NCBI GenBank assembly: GCA_036012755.1
Contig: DASCPX010000129.1
Location: forward strand, 160,001 to 224,000
Direction: 5' to 3'
DNA from: Myxococcota bacterium
GTDB lineage: Bacteria > Myxococcota_A > UBA796 > CAJQPC01
DNA: 64,000 bases
Shown: piece after piece, positions 10,571 to 20,998 of the stretch
Layout: each line of letters starts with the position of its first letter
Position numbering within the stretch: position 1 is the stretch's first letter
Notes under the pieces: generated by a model
Database searches by the model: none
Told to the model about the DNA's origin: nothing
The model's input: only the letters and a program-made list of their open reading frames with translations
Translations under genes and position numbers: made by a program

Positions 10571-12328
10571 GTGCTGTCCTCGCTGCTGCTGAACGTCGCC
10601 CTGGCTGCCGAGCCTCCCAGCGTCGACTCCCCCGAGCGCAGCGGCGTGCGCAGCTGGCGTGACGCCATGGTCGTCATCGGCGTCGAGGACTACGAGCACC
10701 TGCCGGACATCCCCCACGCCGCCAACGACGCCGCGGCCATGGATGCCTGGTTCCGGCTCGTCCGCGGGCCGTCGACCCGGCGCATCTTCACGGTCCAGAA
10801 CCCGAGCACCCAGGAAATGGACACGGCGCTGAAGCGCGGCGTCGCCCGGGTGCGCAGCCGAGGCACGCTCTGGATCTACTTCTCGGGGGCTGGCTGGATC
10901 GGTGACGATGGGGTGCCACGCCTGTTGCCGGCGGACGCAGCGCCCAACGGGCTGGAGGACGCGTTCTCGCTCGCGGAGGTCGAGCAGATGGCCGCCCGGT
11001 CGCGGGCCGAGCGCGTGGTCATCCTGATCGACGCGCCCTTCGACGAGTCCCTCCGGGCCGAGATGGAGCCTGGCAAGGAGCTCGACAGCGTCGCCTGGAG
11101 CACCGAAGTGAGCGACAAGGTCGTCGTCTGGGTCGCCGACACCGGGGGCTCGGGGGATGTCTATGGGCCCTCCTCCCACGGCCTCTTCACGTGGCTCTTC
11201 CTCGCCGGAGTGCAGGGGTGGGCCGATCTCGACGGTGATGGGGTCGTGAAGCTCTGGGAGGCCCAGGAGTTCGTCCACTCGGGCAGCGCCCTGCTCGGTC
11301 GCTCCCAGACCTCGAGCGTGGATCTGCGGGAGGAACCCCGGAACTGGGCGCTGTCGATCGGCGCCCTGCGAGAGGACCAGCTCCTGCCAGCCGACTGGAC
11401 GACGCTATCGGTGGAAGATCGCGACCGCCGCATGCAGCTCGCCGTGAGCGAAGCGGAGGAGTCAGCGGTCGAGGACATGCTCGCTCGCATGGCCAGCATC
11501 AAGCAGGGCGAGGCCGGCCCGGAGCTGCTCGAAGACTTCGTCTCCGACTGGGAGCACCGCGAGATCGTGGTGCGCTGGGTCCCTCCGATAGAGGCGGTAG
11601 ACGAGGCCAAGATGCTCCTGGAGAACCCAGAGGCCCTGATGCCCGAGACCGTCGTGACCACCGAGGAGGGGGACACCGGGGACACGGCAGTGACTGCGCC
11701 GGTCGCGCCGATCGGGCCCACGCTCTCCGACGACACCTGCGACGACCTCATCACGATGGAGCCCGACGCGCTGATGGGCATCTTCGGCCCTGGGCGGATC
11801 GAGTGTGTCGAGGCGCGCATCTCGGAGGCGCCGCAGACAGAGAAGGACAAGCTGTCGCGCCTGTTGTTGGCCGACGCCGACTCCAAGGGCGACATGGCGG
11901 AGTGGGAGCGACTGATGGCCCGCCACCTCAACGAGATCGACCGCTCCGACCCCGACATGTGCTTCCTCTACGCGCGTCACACGCACAACAAGGGTGTCGC
12001 CTGGGGCGAAGAGGCCATCCAGTTCGCCGACTACGCGCTGGAGAACAAGCAGAAGTGGGCGGGCGAGACCTACACCTCTCGCCTCTATGGTCTGTATCGA
12101 TTGCGCGCCGAGGCTGCGAACGAGCTGTGGAAGGACGCCGAACAGAACCTCATCGCAGACCCCACTGACGAGAACGACGCAATCACGCAGAAGTGGCGCG
12201 GCAAGTCGAAGAACTACGCTCGTGAGTGGTACGACTACGCCAAGGCAAGCGACCAGAACCCTGACCGGGCGCTCATGATCTGTGTCTCTGCAGCTGGGAC
12301 CAAGGCCGCCTGTGTAGCGCGCGACTGA
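10571..12328 (+). CDS. exported caspase-family (C14-like) domain protein, catalytically degenerate, with C-terminal helical domain
   Basis: DAMVVIGVEDY..PHAANDA; YFSGAG in place of YFSGHG; IDAP in place of DAC; HGLFTW; ADLDGDGVV; signal peptide ending VALA. Confidence 0.75.
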   Translation: MLSSLLLNVALAAEPPSVDSPERSGVRSWRDAMVVIGVEDYEHLPDIPHAANDAAAMDAWFRLVRGPSTRRIFTVQNPSTQEMDTALKRGVARVRSRGTLWIYFSGAGWIGDDGVPRLLPADAAPNGLEDAFSLAEVEQMAARSRAERVVILIDAPFDESLRAEMEPGKELDSVAWSTEVSDKVVVWVADTGGSGDVYGPSSHGLFTWLFLAGVQGWADLDGDGVVKLWEAQEFVHSGSALLGRSQTSSVDLREEPRNWALSIGALREDQLLPADWTTLSVEDRDRRMQLAVSEAEESAVEDMLARMASIKQGEAGPELLEDFVSDWEHREIVVRWVPPIEAVDEAKMLLENPEALMPETVVTTEEGDTGDTAVTAPVAPIGPTLSDDTCDDLITMEPDALMGIFGPGRIECVEARISEAPQTEKDKLSRLLLADADSKGDMAEWERLMARHLNEIDRSDPDMCFLYARHTHNKGVAWGEEAIQFADYALENKQKWAGETYTSRLYGLYRLRAEAANELWKDAEQNLIADPTDENDAITQKWRGKSKNYAREWYDYAKASDQNPDRALMICVSAAGTKAACVARD

Positions 12329-12329
12329 C

Positions 12330-13625
12330 TCAGTACATGTAGCCCAGCGCCTTGAGTCTGTTCGCGTCGAGCATTCGACGTTCGTCCTCTTCCTCTGGCG
12401 CCGGCTCGACCAGCTGGTCCCGGTAGAACTGGACCGCCTCCAGCTCGTCGTCGAGGTCCCCCTCGATCATCACCTCCGAGAACTCGATCAGCGTCTCCTC
12501 CAGGACCTGGGCGGCCTCCTCGGCCTGACCTTGGGCCTGCAGGTCCACCGCCCGCTCCAGGGCCTTGCCCGCGGAGGCCTGGGCTGCCTTCGAGCGGCGG
12601 CGCGCGCTGGCGGCAGATGCTGGGGCCGGTTGCACATCCTCGGTGGCGATGCGCGTCGTGATCTTGCCCTCCTTGCCGTCCTTTTCGCCCGTCGCCGGGT
12701 CCCGCCAGCGGATGTCGACCGCCGCGACGTCGATCTCGCCGCGGAGGTGGCCAGGGACGCGCACCTTCGCGACCACCTTGCGGGGCTCTCCAGCCTGCAT
12801 GTCGCCCAGCAGGATCCGCCACCCGCCGTCGATTGCGTAGCCGTCGTACTCCTCGTAGCCAAGGACCTCGACGAGCTCGACGCCGTCGCCGAGCTGCAGC
12901 TCGACCGTCGTAGAGAGCGCCGCGACCTGCTGCATGCGCTCCAGCTCCTCGTCGAACAGCGCCACGACCTCTTCCGGGTCGTTGCCGTAGCGGTAGATGC
13001 CGCCGCCGGCGTCGGCGATGGCGATGAGCGTGGGCGCATCGAACTCGAGGCCGAGCCCCACTGTGCTGACCGTGACCCCCGCCTGCTGGGCGTCGGTGGC
13101 CAGGCCAGCGAGGGTGCGGCGATCGGTGGGACCTGCGGTGGCCTCGCCGTCGGACAAGAGCAGCACGCGCCGTCGCGGGTTGTCCAGGAAGCGCTGGAGC
13201 TGGTCCAGCCCCTGCTGCAGACCCCCGTAGATGTTCGTACCGCCCTGGGGTGTGAGCAGACCGATCGCATAGACGACCTCTGCGGGGTTGAGGATGCGGC
13301 CCTGGCGGCGCACGACCTTGGGCTCGCTGCCGAAGCCGATCAGCGACAGGGTGTCCCCGGGACGCAGGCGATCCACCAGCTTCGAGGCGGCCGCGCGCGC
13401 GTACTCCAGCTTGCCGCGGTCCTTCATCGAGCCAGAGGTGTCCAGCACCAGGGACTGGTGGGTGGGTCGTTCGGCCGCATCGGGATCGATCTCGGGCGCC
13501 TGGACCTCGACCACGAGCCACTGCGTGAAAGCACTCTCGTTGGTGGGGACGAGGACATCGACGTCGAGACCGGCGTCGAACGACATGGTGTCCTGCGCGA
13601 GGCAGAGGGAGACGAGCGCGAGCAT
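12330..13625 (-). CDS. exported vWA domain protein (YfbK-like)
   Basis: MIDAS motif DTSGSM, GGTNI, LLSDG, STVGLG. Confidence 0.85.
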   Translation of the reverse strand: MLALVSLCLAQDTMSFDAGLDVDVLVPTNESAFTQWLVVEVQAPEIDPDAAERPTHQSLVLDTSGSMKDRGKLEYARAAASKLVDRLRPGDTLSLIGFGSEPKVVRRQGRILNPAEVVYAIGLLTPQGGTNIYGGLQQGLDQLQRFLDNPRRRVLLLSDGEATAGPTDRRTLAGLATDAQQAGVTVSTVGLGLEFDAPTLIAIADAGGGIYRYGNDPEEVVALFDEELERMQQVAALSTTVELQLGDGVELVEVLGYEEYDGYAIDGGWRILLGDMQAGEPRKVVAKVRVPGHLRGEIDVAAVDIRWRDPATGEKDGKEGKITTRIATEDVQPAPASAASARRRSKAAQASAGKALERAVDLQAQGQAEEAAQVLEETLIEFSEVMIEGDLDDELEAVQFYRDQLVEPAPEEEDERRMLDANRLKALGYMY

Positions 13626-13676
13626 GACGGGACCTTAGACGCGTGCGCTGCAGAGACGGTGCCGAGATACCGTCGC

Positions 13677-15473
13677 TTACAGGTGTTTTGCCCGCGGGAA
13701 GGGCCTTTCCTTCCTCCTCCGGACCAGCGCTGGCAGCAGGAACATGCCGAGCCAACCCCCGGCGGCCCCGGCCGATGCGCATCCGCGGGTCTCGGCGCGC
13801 GGGGTGGCTTCCTCGTCGAGCTCCTCCCAGAGGCAGACCCCCGCCTCGTCGTCGCAGGTGCTCAGGTAGCCCTCGCGCTCTCCGCAGTCGCGCAGGACAC
13901 CGCCGCACACCCCGGCGCCGCAGGTGTCGCTCTCCGTGCACCAGGCGCCGTCGTCGCAGGGCGCGCCGTCGAAGCGGGGCTCGGCCGTGCAGCCGCCCGT
14001 CTGGGGGTCGCAGACTCCCACGCTGCACTCGCTGTCGAGCTCCGCGCAGTCGGGAGCGTCCTGGTGGATGCAGAAGCCATCCTGGCAAGCCTCGGTCCCC
14101 GTGCAGAGGCTGTCGTCCAGGCAGTCGCTGTCTTGTTGGCAGAGCTCCAGCGAGCGCGTGGGGTCGCCGTAGAGATTGAACATGGCCCGCGTCGCCCAGG
14201 CGAAGCCGGTCGTGTCCACCCACGCGTAGACCTCGGTCCAGCCGTCGCCGGGGAGCTCGGACTTGGTCCGCGCCAGCGCCTCTCCAGAGGTCGCTCCGTC
14301 AGTGAGCGCCAGCGCGTAGTAGTACGAGGCGGTCGTCCCGCCGGCCAGCTCGGGGCGCGGCTCCCAGGTCTCGCCGAAGTCGGGGGTGCTGCCGTACGAG
14401 ACGCGCGTCGCAGCCACCGTGCCGGCTGCTCCTCCCGAGAGCAGTGCGGTCGCCAGGTTGTCCTCGCTCTCCGGCCAGGCGTTGTCGCAGGAGACGTGCC
14501 AGGTGAAGGCCCCGCCCGCCGAGACCAGCTCCGCCTCGTCTCCGGACTCGATGAAGCTGGGAGAGATGACCTCGTCGTCGTCGCCGATCCCGTCTTCGTC
14601 GAGGTCCGCCACCCAGACCACGCGATGGGTGGAGTCCTTCCATCCGTGTCCCGCCCAGACGACCACCCCCGCACCCTGTGCCCAGGTCTCCAGCAGCTGG
14701 TCACGGCTCAGATCGAGGTCGCGTTCGTAGGCGCTCTCCAGCAGGCCCTCGCCTTCGAAGAGGCGCACGCTCTCGAACACGGCTGGGAGATCCCGGTGGA
14801 TGGTCGCCAGGATGCCGCCGCCGTCGCTGTGCCCCTGGTAGATGCCCCCCGACACGGTCGAGGTGCCGTCGATGCCGAAGAGCGCTCCCGGCAGCAGCAC
14901 CGTGTGGCGGTAGGACTTGTCGGTCTCCAGGTCGCGCTCCAGGGCGCGCTCCAACAAGGCGTCCATCGTCCCGACGTCCCCGTCGTACACAGGCAGCCGC
15001 CCGACGTAGAGCTCGGGCATCATGTCCATGCACCCCTCTCCGATGTCCCTGGGGTAGTGCCACGGCCGCCCGTCGCCGTCGCAGTCCCATTCGCCGGTCA
15101 GCTCGGCGTAGTAGAAGTCCGTGGGGATCGGGCTCATGTTGGTCTGGAGCTCGGGCGGGTAGTAGTGCAGGAGGCTGGCGATCGGGTAGGTCTCGAGCAT
15201 GGGGATGTCGCCCGTCGCCGGGTCGGGATCGCCGATCAAGAGCAGGAAAGCGCCGGGGTCCTCTGCGTACCGCTCCTTCAGCCACGCCCGGATGCGGTCC
15301 TGGCGGCTGTCCGCGCTGGTCTGTGCTGGATGGTCCCAGTCGGTCTCTGTGGCCAGGGTGACCTCCCAGCCCTCCGCTTCTCGAAAGGCGACGAAGCGGG
15401 GTAGCTCACGGCTGCCGGCGGCGAGCTCCGATGTGGTCAGGACGATCAGCTCCATGCGGGGTTCCGGGGCCAT
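13677..15473 (-). CDS. C25 (gingipain-like) cysteine peptidase with Cys-rich repeats and MYXO-CTERM-like tail; no signal peptide
   Basis: LLLIGD, TDFYYA, PELYVGRLP, AGHG, HVSC, NLYGDP; tail GCAS..GWLGMFLLPALVRRR. Confidence 0.8.
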   Translation of the reverse strand: MAPEPRMELIVLTTSELAAGSRELPRFVAFREAEGWEVTLATETDWDHPAQTSADSRQDRIRAWLKERYAEDPGAFLLLIGDPDPATGDIPMLETYPIASLLHYYPPELQTNMSPIPTDFYYAELTGEWDCDGDGRPWHYPRDIGEGCMDMMPELYVGRLPVYDGDVGTMDALLERALERDLETDKSYRHTVLLPGALFGIDGTSTVSGGIYQGHSDGGGILATIHRDLPAVFESVRLFEGEGLLESAYERDLDLSRDQLLETWAQGAGVVVWAGHGWKDSTHRVVWVADLDEDGIGDDDEVISPSFIESGDEAELVSAGGAFTWHVSCDNAWPESEDNLATALLSGGAAGTVAATRVSYGSTPDFGETWEPRPELAGGTTASYYYALALTDGATSGEALARTKSELPGDGWTEVYAWVDTTGFAWATRAMFNLYGDPTRSLELCQQDSDCLDDSLCTGTEACQDGFCIHQDAPDCAELDSECSVGVCDPQTGGCTAEPRFDGAPCDDGAWCTESDTCGAGVCGGVLRDCGEREGYLSTCDDEAGVCLWEELDEEATPRAETRGCASAGAAGGWLGMFLLPALVRRRKERPFPRAKHL

Positions 15474-16212
15474 AGCCCACGTCCACGAGGAAGCCGCCGT
15501 CGTCGTCCTCGCAGCCGCGGTTGTAGCCGCTCCAGGTGCTCATGCTCTCGCCCAGGTGCGCGATGGCGATGCTGTTGCAGAAGTCGGGATCCAGGTGGTC
15601 GAGGAGCTCGCCATCCAGGCTCGGGGCGTTGGTCGTGACGGCCAGGTCGACGAGGGCTTCAGGGTCCATCTCGAGGGCCACGACCTCGGTCCCTCCCCAG
15701 GTCACCGTGCTGAACTCGAAGCTCGCCTCCTCCTCCCCCACCGCTCGTGTGTATGCGAGGTAGCTGTCCTCGCTGGGGGCGTCGGTCGGGCCGAAGAAGA
15801 GGACGTAGCTGCCCGAGGGCGCGCCGGTGACGGTGCCGGTGACGGTCATCGACTCCGTCGCGTAGCCGTCGAGGCTGCGCTGGTGGGTCCGGAGGTCCAG
15901 CGGCATCGTCACCTCCGACAACACGACCCCGGAGTAGGTGACAGCCATGTGGTCCTCGGCTGCGACCGTGATGCTGACGGGCACATCGCCGGGCAGTCCA
16001 GGCATGGAGAAGGAGCCGTCGGCGCCGGTGCGGATGCTCAGCTGCTCGTCTGTGGTGTCGATCAGCACCCAGGCCCCGTCGACGGGCAGCAGGTCGAGGT
16101 AGGGATCGGTGACGGTCCCGCTGAGCTCGACGGTCGGCTCGGACTCGGCTGAGTCGTTGTCGGCGGGGCCTCGACCACAGGCGAGGATTGGGGCGAGGAG
16201 GAAGGTCTTCAT
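15406..16212 (-). CDS. lipoprotein with carboxypeptidase-regulatory-like domain; C-terminus probably truncated or frameshifted
   Basis: MKTFLLAPILAC; LSGTVTD...TGADGSF; the last ~20 codons overlap the C25 ORF out of frame. Confidence 0.6.
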   Translation of the reverse strand: MKTFLLAPILACGRGPADNDSAESEPTVELSGTVTDPYLDLLPVDGAWVLIDTTDEQLSIRTGADGSFSMPGLPGDVPVSITVAAEDHMAVTYSGVVLSEVTMPLDLRTHQRSLDGYATESMTVTGTVTGAPSGSYVLFFGPTDAPSEDSYLAYTRAVGEEEASFEFSTVTWGGTEVVALEMDPEALVDLAVTTNAPSLDGELLDHLDPDFCNSIAIAHLGESMSTWSGYNRGCEDDDGGFLVDVGYGPGTPHGADRPDHIGARRRQP

Positions 16213-16330
16213 CGAATCCTTCCGGGGTGCAGTGACGACGACGGGAGCAGGATAGCGGCACTTGTGGGTGTCGGGACAGGGCGAGTTCGTCAACACGGGC
16301 TAGTAGGGTGGACCAGCCTGAGAGGTCCCA

Positions 16331-19300
16331 ATGTTGTTGCTGCTGGCCTGCACCGGGCCCGGTCCCGAGCCGACGGTCATCGAGTCCGTCGAGGAGACCG
16401 ACAGCTTCATGCTGCACGGCCTCGAGTGCCGGGCACATGTCGTGCGCACCGAGCTCGATGTGCCCCACATCTATGCCTACACGCGCGAGGACGCCGCGAG
16501 GGTCTTCGGCTTCACCATCGCGCGCGACCGCTACTTCGAGATGGAGCTGGCCCGTCGACTGGCCACGGGAGAGATCAGCAACCTGCTCGGCGACGCCGCC
16601 CTGGAGACCGACATCGAGTCCCGCGGGCAGGGCAGTCGGCACGTCGCCGATCGCCTCTTTGCATCGCTCACCACCGAGCAGGAGCTGGAGATGGCGGCCT
16701 TCGCAGAGGGCGTCAACAGCTACATCGCCCTGGTGGCGCTGGAGCAGCACGCCGCTCCGAGCGAGCTGGACTTCGCCTTCGCCCTGCTCGGGGGGGACTC
16801 CCCAGCGGCGCTCATGGAGCCCTGGACCAGCTACGACGTCGCCGCGGTCGGGGCGACCATCATCTACAACCTCGGCTACGAGACCGGTGACGTCGGCCGC
16901 GCCTACACCGAGTCGGTCCTGCCCGATCTCTTCGCGGGCGCCGCCCTGGAGGACCTGCGTCAGGCCGGTGTCTATGACGATCTGTGGCGGCCCGTGGCTC
17001 CGCCGGCGCCCTACGCCTCCGCGCCTGGCTGGGGCCTCAACGAGGGCTACCGCGACGCCATCCCACAGCGAGAGCGGCGCATCGACGCGCCCCAGAGCTT
17101 GCTGAAGCGCACCTCCGAGCGCCTCGCCCGCCGCCAGGCGGCGATGGGCCGCGACTGGGACATGGGCTTCGGCTCCAACGTCTGGGCTGTCGACGCGGAC
17201 CACTCGGCGGACGGTCGCGCGCTGCTCGCGGGTGACGGGCACCTACCGCTCGACATCCCCTCGCTCTTCTACAGCTTCGGCGTCGACACCAAGCTCCTGG
17301 GCGGCGGGGACATGCGCCAGGTCGGCGTCACGATCCCGGGCTTCCCGATCATGGCGGTCGGCACAAACGGTGACATCGCCTGGGGCCAGACCCAGCTGAT
17401 GGGCGACATCACCGACTGGTACACGGAGGAGGTCCAGCTCGACGCCTCCGGCGAGCCCTCCGCGGTGTTCCACGACGGCCAGTGGAAGGACCTCGTCAGG
17501 ATCGAAGAGGTCTACGAGGTGGCGGACGTGCCCTCCCTCGGCTCGACCGGGCGGACCGAGACCTGGGCCCGCTGGGAGACATGGGACGGCCGCTGGCTCG
17601 CCGACATCGAAGGCGCCAGCGTGGAGAAGGAGGAGGCCGTCGTCACGATGCAGGGGGACTGGCTCGTGCCCGGAGACACGGACGGGGACGGGGTCATCAC
17701 CGGCATCACCTTCGACTACGCAGGCCTGGATGACGCCAACATCCTCCTCGCCAGCCAGCGCATGGGCGAGTCCAGGAGCGTCGACGAGTACCGGGACGCG
17801 ACCCGAGGTCTGGTGGCCTACTCGCAGAACCTCATCGCCGCAGACTCCGCCGGCGACATCTTCTACACCGGGTACCAGGCCGTTCCCTGCCGGGAGTACC
17901 TCGATCGCAACGGAGACGGAAGCTGGACAGAGGGCAGCGACCCCTCCCAGCTCCTCGACGGGACCAGGTACGGTGGGTTCTCCATCGAGGTCGACTCGGA
18001 CGGCTACGTCGTCGAGGACGGCGAGCACTGCGTGGTTCCATTCGACGAGTATCCGCAGGCCAAGAACCCCGCGAGCGGGTACCTGCTCAACGCCAACAAC
18101 GACCCGGGCAACATCAGCCTCGACGACGATTTGTTGAACGATCCGTGGTATATCGGCGGTTCCTGGATCGAGGGATACAGGGCCGTCCGCATCGACACCT
18201 TCCTCGCCGATGCCACACAGAATGACTGGGCTGACGTCGACGGGATGAGCGCCATCCAAGGGGACACGCGGAGCTCCCTCGGCGCGCAGTTCTCTCCGGT
18301 GCTGATCGAGGCCATCGAGCTGGCAGCAGCGCTCTCTGAGGTCGATCGTGAGCTCACGGATGACGAGCAGCGTCTCTTCGATCTGTACGAGTCCGACGCC
18401 CCGGCCATCGACGAGGTCCACCAGAGGCTGCTCGACTGGGCCGCAGAGGATCACCCGACGCCAGCCGGCGTCGACGCCTTCTACCACCCGCTGCTCGACG
18501 GCGAGGAGGACCAGGCGGTCGCGACCATGCTCCACAACGCCTGGTTTGGTCGTTTCGTGTCAGGAGTCTTCTCGGACGAGGGCCTCCCGGACGTCTGGGA
18601 GCCCACCGGCGGGACCGGACAGACACGCGCGCTCACCAAGCTGATCGACGGGCGCGGGCCGGACAACCCCGAAGGGCTCTCCTCCTGGAACGCTGACACA
18701 GAGGAGAGCGCCTTCTTCGACGTGCTCGGGACCGACGAGGTCGAGACCAGCCACGAGGTGGCCCTGAGCGCCCTGCTCGACGCCCTCGTCTTCCTGCGCT
18801 CGGCGCCAGAGGACGACTCGCTCGGCGGCTTCGGCACAGAAGAGATGAGCGAGTGGATCTGGGGGTACAAGCACGTCGTGCGCTTCGAGTCCATCCTCGC
18901 CGGCTTCCTCGGCGACGACCCGACCTACTCGGTCATCACCGACCAGTTCTCGATCACCACGGAGACCCTGCCGCTGGCCAGCGGGATGGCGCCGACGGAT
19001 CCACGCGCTGACCTCGTCGGCTTCCCGCGCCCCGGTGACACCTTCAGCGTCGACGCGGCGAACAACGGCTTCTCGCACAGTGACTTCGACCACGGGAGCG
19101 GTCCGGTCTTCCGAATGGTCATCGCGGTCGGCGGCGAGGACGATACCGTCGGCGTGAACATCATCCCAGGTGGCCAGTCGGGCATGACGGACTCAGCGCA
19201 CTTCTCCGACCAGGCGGCGCTCTGGCTCGCCAACGAGACCCTCCCCATGCGCCTGTCTCCAGAACAGGTGGTCGACGGCGCCACGGGACGCGAGGCCTAC

Positions 19301-19336
19301 CATCCCGGCCGCGGCGGAAATCTGTGTGGCTTCTGA
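16331..19336 (+). CDS. penicillin acylase family Ntn-hydrolase, lipoprotein
   Basis: VPHIYA, ARDRYFEMEL.RR.ATG, GFG|SNVW (Ser nucleophile), NANN, PGGQSG. Confidence 0.9.
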   Translation: MLLLLACTGPGPEPTVIESVEETDSFMLHGLECRAHVVRTELDVPHIYAYTREDAARVFGFTIARDRYFEMELARRLATGEISNLLGDAALETDIESRGQGSRHVADRLFASLTTEQELEMAAFAEGVNSYIALVALEQHAAPSELDFAFALLGGDSPAALMEPWTSYDVAAVGATIIYNLGYETGDVGRAYTESVLPDLFAGAALEDLRQAGVYDDLWRPVAPPAPYASAPGWGLNEGYRDAIPQRERRIDAPQSLLKRTSERLARRQAAMGRDWDMGFGSNVWAVDADHSADGRALLAGDGHLPLDIPSLFYSFGVDTKLLGGGDMRQVGVTIPGFPIMAVGTNGDIAWGQTQLMGDITDWYTEEVQLDASGEPSAVFHDGQWKDLVRIEEVYEVADVPSLGSTGRTETWARWETWDGRWLADIEGASVEKEEAVVTMQGDWLVPGDTDGDGVITGITFDYAGLDDANILLASQRMGESRSVDEYRDATRGLVAYSQNLIAADSAGDIFYTGYQAVPCREYLDRNGDGSWTEGSDPSQLLDGTRYGGFSIEVDSDGYVVEDGEHCVVPFDEYPQAKNPASGYLLNANNDPGNISLDDDLLNDPWYIGGSWIEGYRAVRIDTFLADATQNDWADVDGMSAIQGDTRSSLGAQFSPVLIEAIELAAALSEVDRELTDDEQRLFDLYESDAPAIDEVHQRLLDWAAEDHPTPAGVDAFYHPLLDGEEDQAVATMLHNAWFGRFVSGVFSDEGLPDVWEPTGGTGQTRALTKLIDGRGPDNPEGLSSWNADTEESAFFDVLGTDEVETSHEVALSALLDALVFLRSAPEDDSLGGFGTEEMSEWIWGYKHVVRFESILAGFLGDDPTYSVITDQFSITTETLPLASGMAPTDPRADLVGFPRPGDTFSVDAANNGFSHSDFDHGSGPVFRMVIAVGGEDDTVGVNIIPGGQSGMTDSAHFSDQAALWLANETLPMRLSPEQVVDGATGREAYHPGRGGNLCGF

Positions 19337-20859
19337 TCCTGGGTTGCGGAGGCTCCCCGGTCGGTCCAGAGGTCGACTCCCAGGAGCCCGAACGTGCCCA
19401 GAACGTGCTGGTGGTGGTGTTCGACGATGTCGGCGTCGACAAGGTCTCGAGCTACGCCGACGACTTCCCGGAGTATGAGCCCGAGTACCTTCCCAACACA
19501 CAGACCTTCGACCAGGTCGGCGCGGCGGGTGTGCGCTTCACGGAGGTGTGGTCCGCTCCGTTGTGCTCGCCGACGCGAGCCAGCATCCTCACCGGTGTGC
19601 ACCCGTATCGGCACGGGGTCGGGACCGTCGTTCCGCAGGGCCCGCCGCTCTCGACAGACGCCGTCACCCTCCCTGAGTTGGTGCCCGAGACCCACACCAC
19701 CGGACTCTTCGGCAAGTGGCACCTGGGCATCAGCGGGTTGGACACCGACGCGGTGCCGCACCCGGAGTGGGACGCGGAGGCGGACGGGCACACCCGTGAA
19801 GACCCAGGCTCGATCAAGCACACACTCAATCCCATCCAGCAGGGCTGGGACCACTACGCGGGGGGTTTGTCCGGCACGGTCTGCACGATGGTCCTCGATG
19901 GTGACTGTGTGGGCGGGTACGACCACTGGATCCTCACCCGGGGTTCGGCCGAGACTCCCGGGGTCACGAAGCTCTGGTGGGAGGATGGCTACGCCACCGA
20001 GGTGGAGGTGGACGACGCCCTCGCATGGATCCGGGAGCAGGAGGGACCATGGGTCACGATGCTCGCGTTCCACGCGCCCCACCAGCCCTCTCACGGGACC
20101 GCGCGTTTTGGTTGCCAGCGGACGACCGTCCTCCCCTCTCCGAGGCCCAATCGCGTCGCGCTGTACGTCGGCATGTTGGAGTGCGCTGACACCCACCTGG
20201 AGCGCATGCTCTGGGAGCTCGATGCCATGGGCGAGCTCGACGACACGCTGCTGGTCGTCGCGGGGGACAACGGAGTCGAGACCTTCCTGCGCGAGTCGAT
20301 CATGGGAGCCGACAGGACGATCAAGGGGACCGCCTACGAGAGCAGCGTGCACGTACCGCTGGCGATCTCGACTGGAGCCTCCTGGGCCTCGGTCGCCAGC
20401 GGGGGCGAGCCCCTCGAGAGTGACCATGTCGCCCTGCCGGGCCGCACGGTCGACCAGATGGTGCACACCACCGATCTCTTCGCGACGGTGCTGGAGTGGG
20501 TCGGCGGTGACCGCTCGGGGGGTGTGGACTCCCTGAGCCTGGCGCCCCTGCTCCGGGGTCCCTCGGTGGAGATGCCCCGGGACTTCCTCTACACCGAGCG
20601 CTTCATCCCCTCGGATGACTTCGGGCTCTTAGGTCTGGCTGCCATCCGGGACCCGGAGGGCAACAAGCTGGTCGCGGACGTGCATCCAGAGGAGGAGGCG
20701 CTCTGCCGGGAGCTCCAGCTCTTCGAGGACGGCCCGGTCGATTTGCTCGATCGCTATGGCGATGCCGAGCTGGCAGAGGTCCAGGAGACCCTGGAGGGCG
20801 AGCTCGCTGCGCGCATCGAAGACGGCGCCGCGTGGCTCGACCACCCTCCCTGCCCCTGA
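19324..20859 (+). CDS. Cys-type sulfatase, lipoprotein
   Basis: VVFDDVG, CSPTRAS, GKWHLG, HAPH, GDNG; MWLLILGC. Confidence 0.88.
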   Translation: MWLLILGCGGSPVGPEVDSQEPERAQNVLVVVFDDVGVDKVSSYADDFPEYEPEYLPNTQTFDQVGAAGVRFTEVWSAPLCSPTRASILTGVHPYRHGVGTVVPQGPPLSTDAVTLPELVPETHTTGLFGKWHLGISGLDTDAVPHPEWDAEADGHTREDPGSIKHTLNPIQQGWDHYAGGLSGTVCTMVLDGDCVGGYDHWILTRGSAETPGVTKLWWEDGYATEVEVDDALAWIREQEGPWVTMLAFHAPHQPSHGTARFGCQRTTVLPSPRPNRVALYVGMLECADTHLERMLWELDAMGELDDTLLVVAGDNGVETFLRESIMGADRTIKGTAYESSVHVPLAISTGASWASVASGGEPLESDHVALPGRTVDQMVHTTDLFATVLEWVGGDRSGGVDSLSLAPLLRGPSVEMPRDFLYTERFIPSDDFGLLGLAAIRDPEGNKLVADVHPEEEALCRELQLFEDGPVDLLDRYGDAELAEVQETLEGELAARIEDGAAWLDHPPCP

Positions 20860-20998
20860 GGGCTGGAGATGCTGTCAAGGCGGTGTGAGGGAATTCCGGA
20901 ACCCTCTCCGGATCCCGCGGTCTGAGCGCTCGATCCTGCTCTCGATGGCGGCCTGGCCGCCAGCTGGAGGAGTGCGTGTCGAATCCCGGAGACCAGCC

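Noticed and set aside
12531..15404. 957-aa plus-strand ORF, and similar long ORFs at 6767-8857, 21008-23317 and 55076-57088
   Set aside because: Antisense shadows of well-supported genes; expected in high-GC DNA and without family motifs.
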